NCBI RefSeq assembly: GCF_006345805.1
Contig: NC_043010.1
Span: 16,678,001-16,742,000 of the forward strand
Source: Octopus sinensis
Lineage: Eukaryota
DNA length: 64,000 bases
Reading direction: 5' to 3'
The notes under the pieces were generated by a model, which was not told the origin of the DNA, did not search any database, and saw nothing but the letters and a program-made list of their open reading frames with translations. Below, piece by piece: positions 63,231 through 64,000 of this stretch. Each line of letters opens with the position of its first letter. Position 1 is the stretch's first letter. The translations under genes and the position numbers were made by a program.

Positions 63231-63700
63231 ATAATAATAATGAAATTATTGTATACAGTGCTCAGGTGCACCACAACTTGTCAAAAGTGCGTATAAAGTA
63301 TATGCAGTAGTGTACAAATGTCAGGAAAGTGAACAGTCTATGAGTCAGATACATGCTTGCGTGTGTATGGAGGGGAGAAAATCAGGTGTAGTGTTGACGA
63401 ATCTCAGGAAGCATGGAAGTTTTGAAGGATGCAGTGCTCCAACAACTAACAACTGATGCTGGCAGTCTGTTCCATGCTTCAGCAACTCGTAGCGTGAAAA
63501 AATGTTTCCGAAAGTCATGGGAGCTGTGCTGTTTTCTGACTTTGTAAACATGTCCACGGGTGTTAGACGGGTGGAGTTTGAAAAGGTGCTCAGAGTTATT
63601 GTTTGTAAGATGGTTAATAATTTTATGGGTGTCTGCCAAGTCAGCTGCCAGACATCGGAGTTTCAATGTATCCATGCCCCAACAGTCTTTTCTTATATAG
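63231..63700 (-). mobile_element. CR1/L2-group LINE 3' end
   Basis: ORF 63382..63675 DTLKLRCLAADL..THKII...NTRGHVYKV...RKHFFTLRVAEAWNRLPASVV is the typical CR1-group ORF2 C-terminus; (ATT)n tail. Confidence 0.88.
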
Positions 63701-64000
63701 TGCAGCTAAAACGGCAAAGATATGCAACTTCCACTGCAATATGTATCCTGGCTCATTACACTCATGGAATTTTGCAAGATAGTTTTTTTACATTTTTGTT
63801 AAAGAAAGCATGAGCTTTCCAAACAATGGCATTGATTTCTTCGACTAACTTCCAACACCAGAACAATATAGGAAAAGTCCAAGAGCCATGGAATGTGTGA
63901 TATAAAGCAGGAACAATAAAAGGAACCATTCTGAATATTGATACAAAGGTGCACAACAAGATATTTAGAATGGTTTTTACTATAAAAGTTTCCCAATGTT

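Noticed and set aside
63700-64000. Coding-like sequence next to the CR1 fragment
   Set aside because: Interrupted frames with no recognisable motif.

Overview
AT-rich animal genomic DNA, inferred to be Octopus from recalled SINE/LINE families and the density of (TA)n/(CA)n/(CAT)n microsatellites. No host protein-coding gene, tRNA, rRNA or CRISPR array could be identified; the window looks intergenic or deep-intronic and is mostly mobile DNA. Largest elements: (1) a 3.4-kb 5'-truncated RTE-clade LINE (36598-39972, minus) with AP endonuclease, RT (YADD), two frameshifts and a C4HC3 PHD-type finger inside the RT, plus about two dozen short copies of its hairpin-repeat 3' end; (2) a GC-rich Ty3/Gypsy 5' fragment with intact gag, an in-phase G_GGA_AAC -1 slippery site and a protease cut right after DTG; (3) a decayed DD37D (maT) Tc1/mariner transposon; (4) a CR1-type 3' end, several tRNA-derived SINE families with swapped tails, and two MITEs. 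The most striking unexplained structure is at 58.6-60.8 kb: a type I hammerhead ribozyme with an intact catalytic core sits in the loop of a ~165-bp inverted repeat, and the whole unit is tandemly duplicated with a ~1.08-kb period. A second, outward-facing pair of hammerhead-like motifs lies at 13.0-13.55 kb. All alignments were read by eye; no database search was run.
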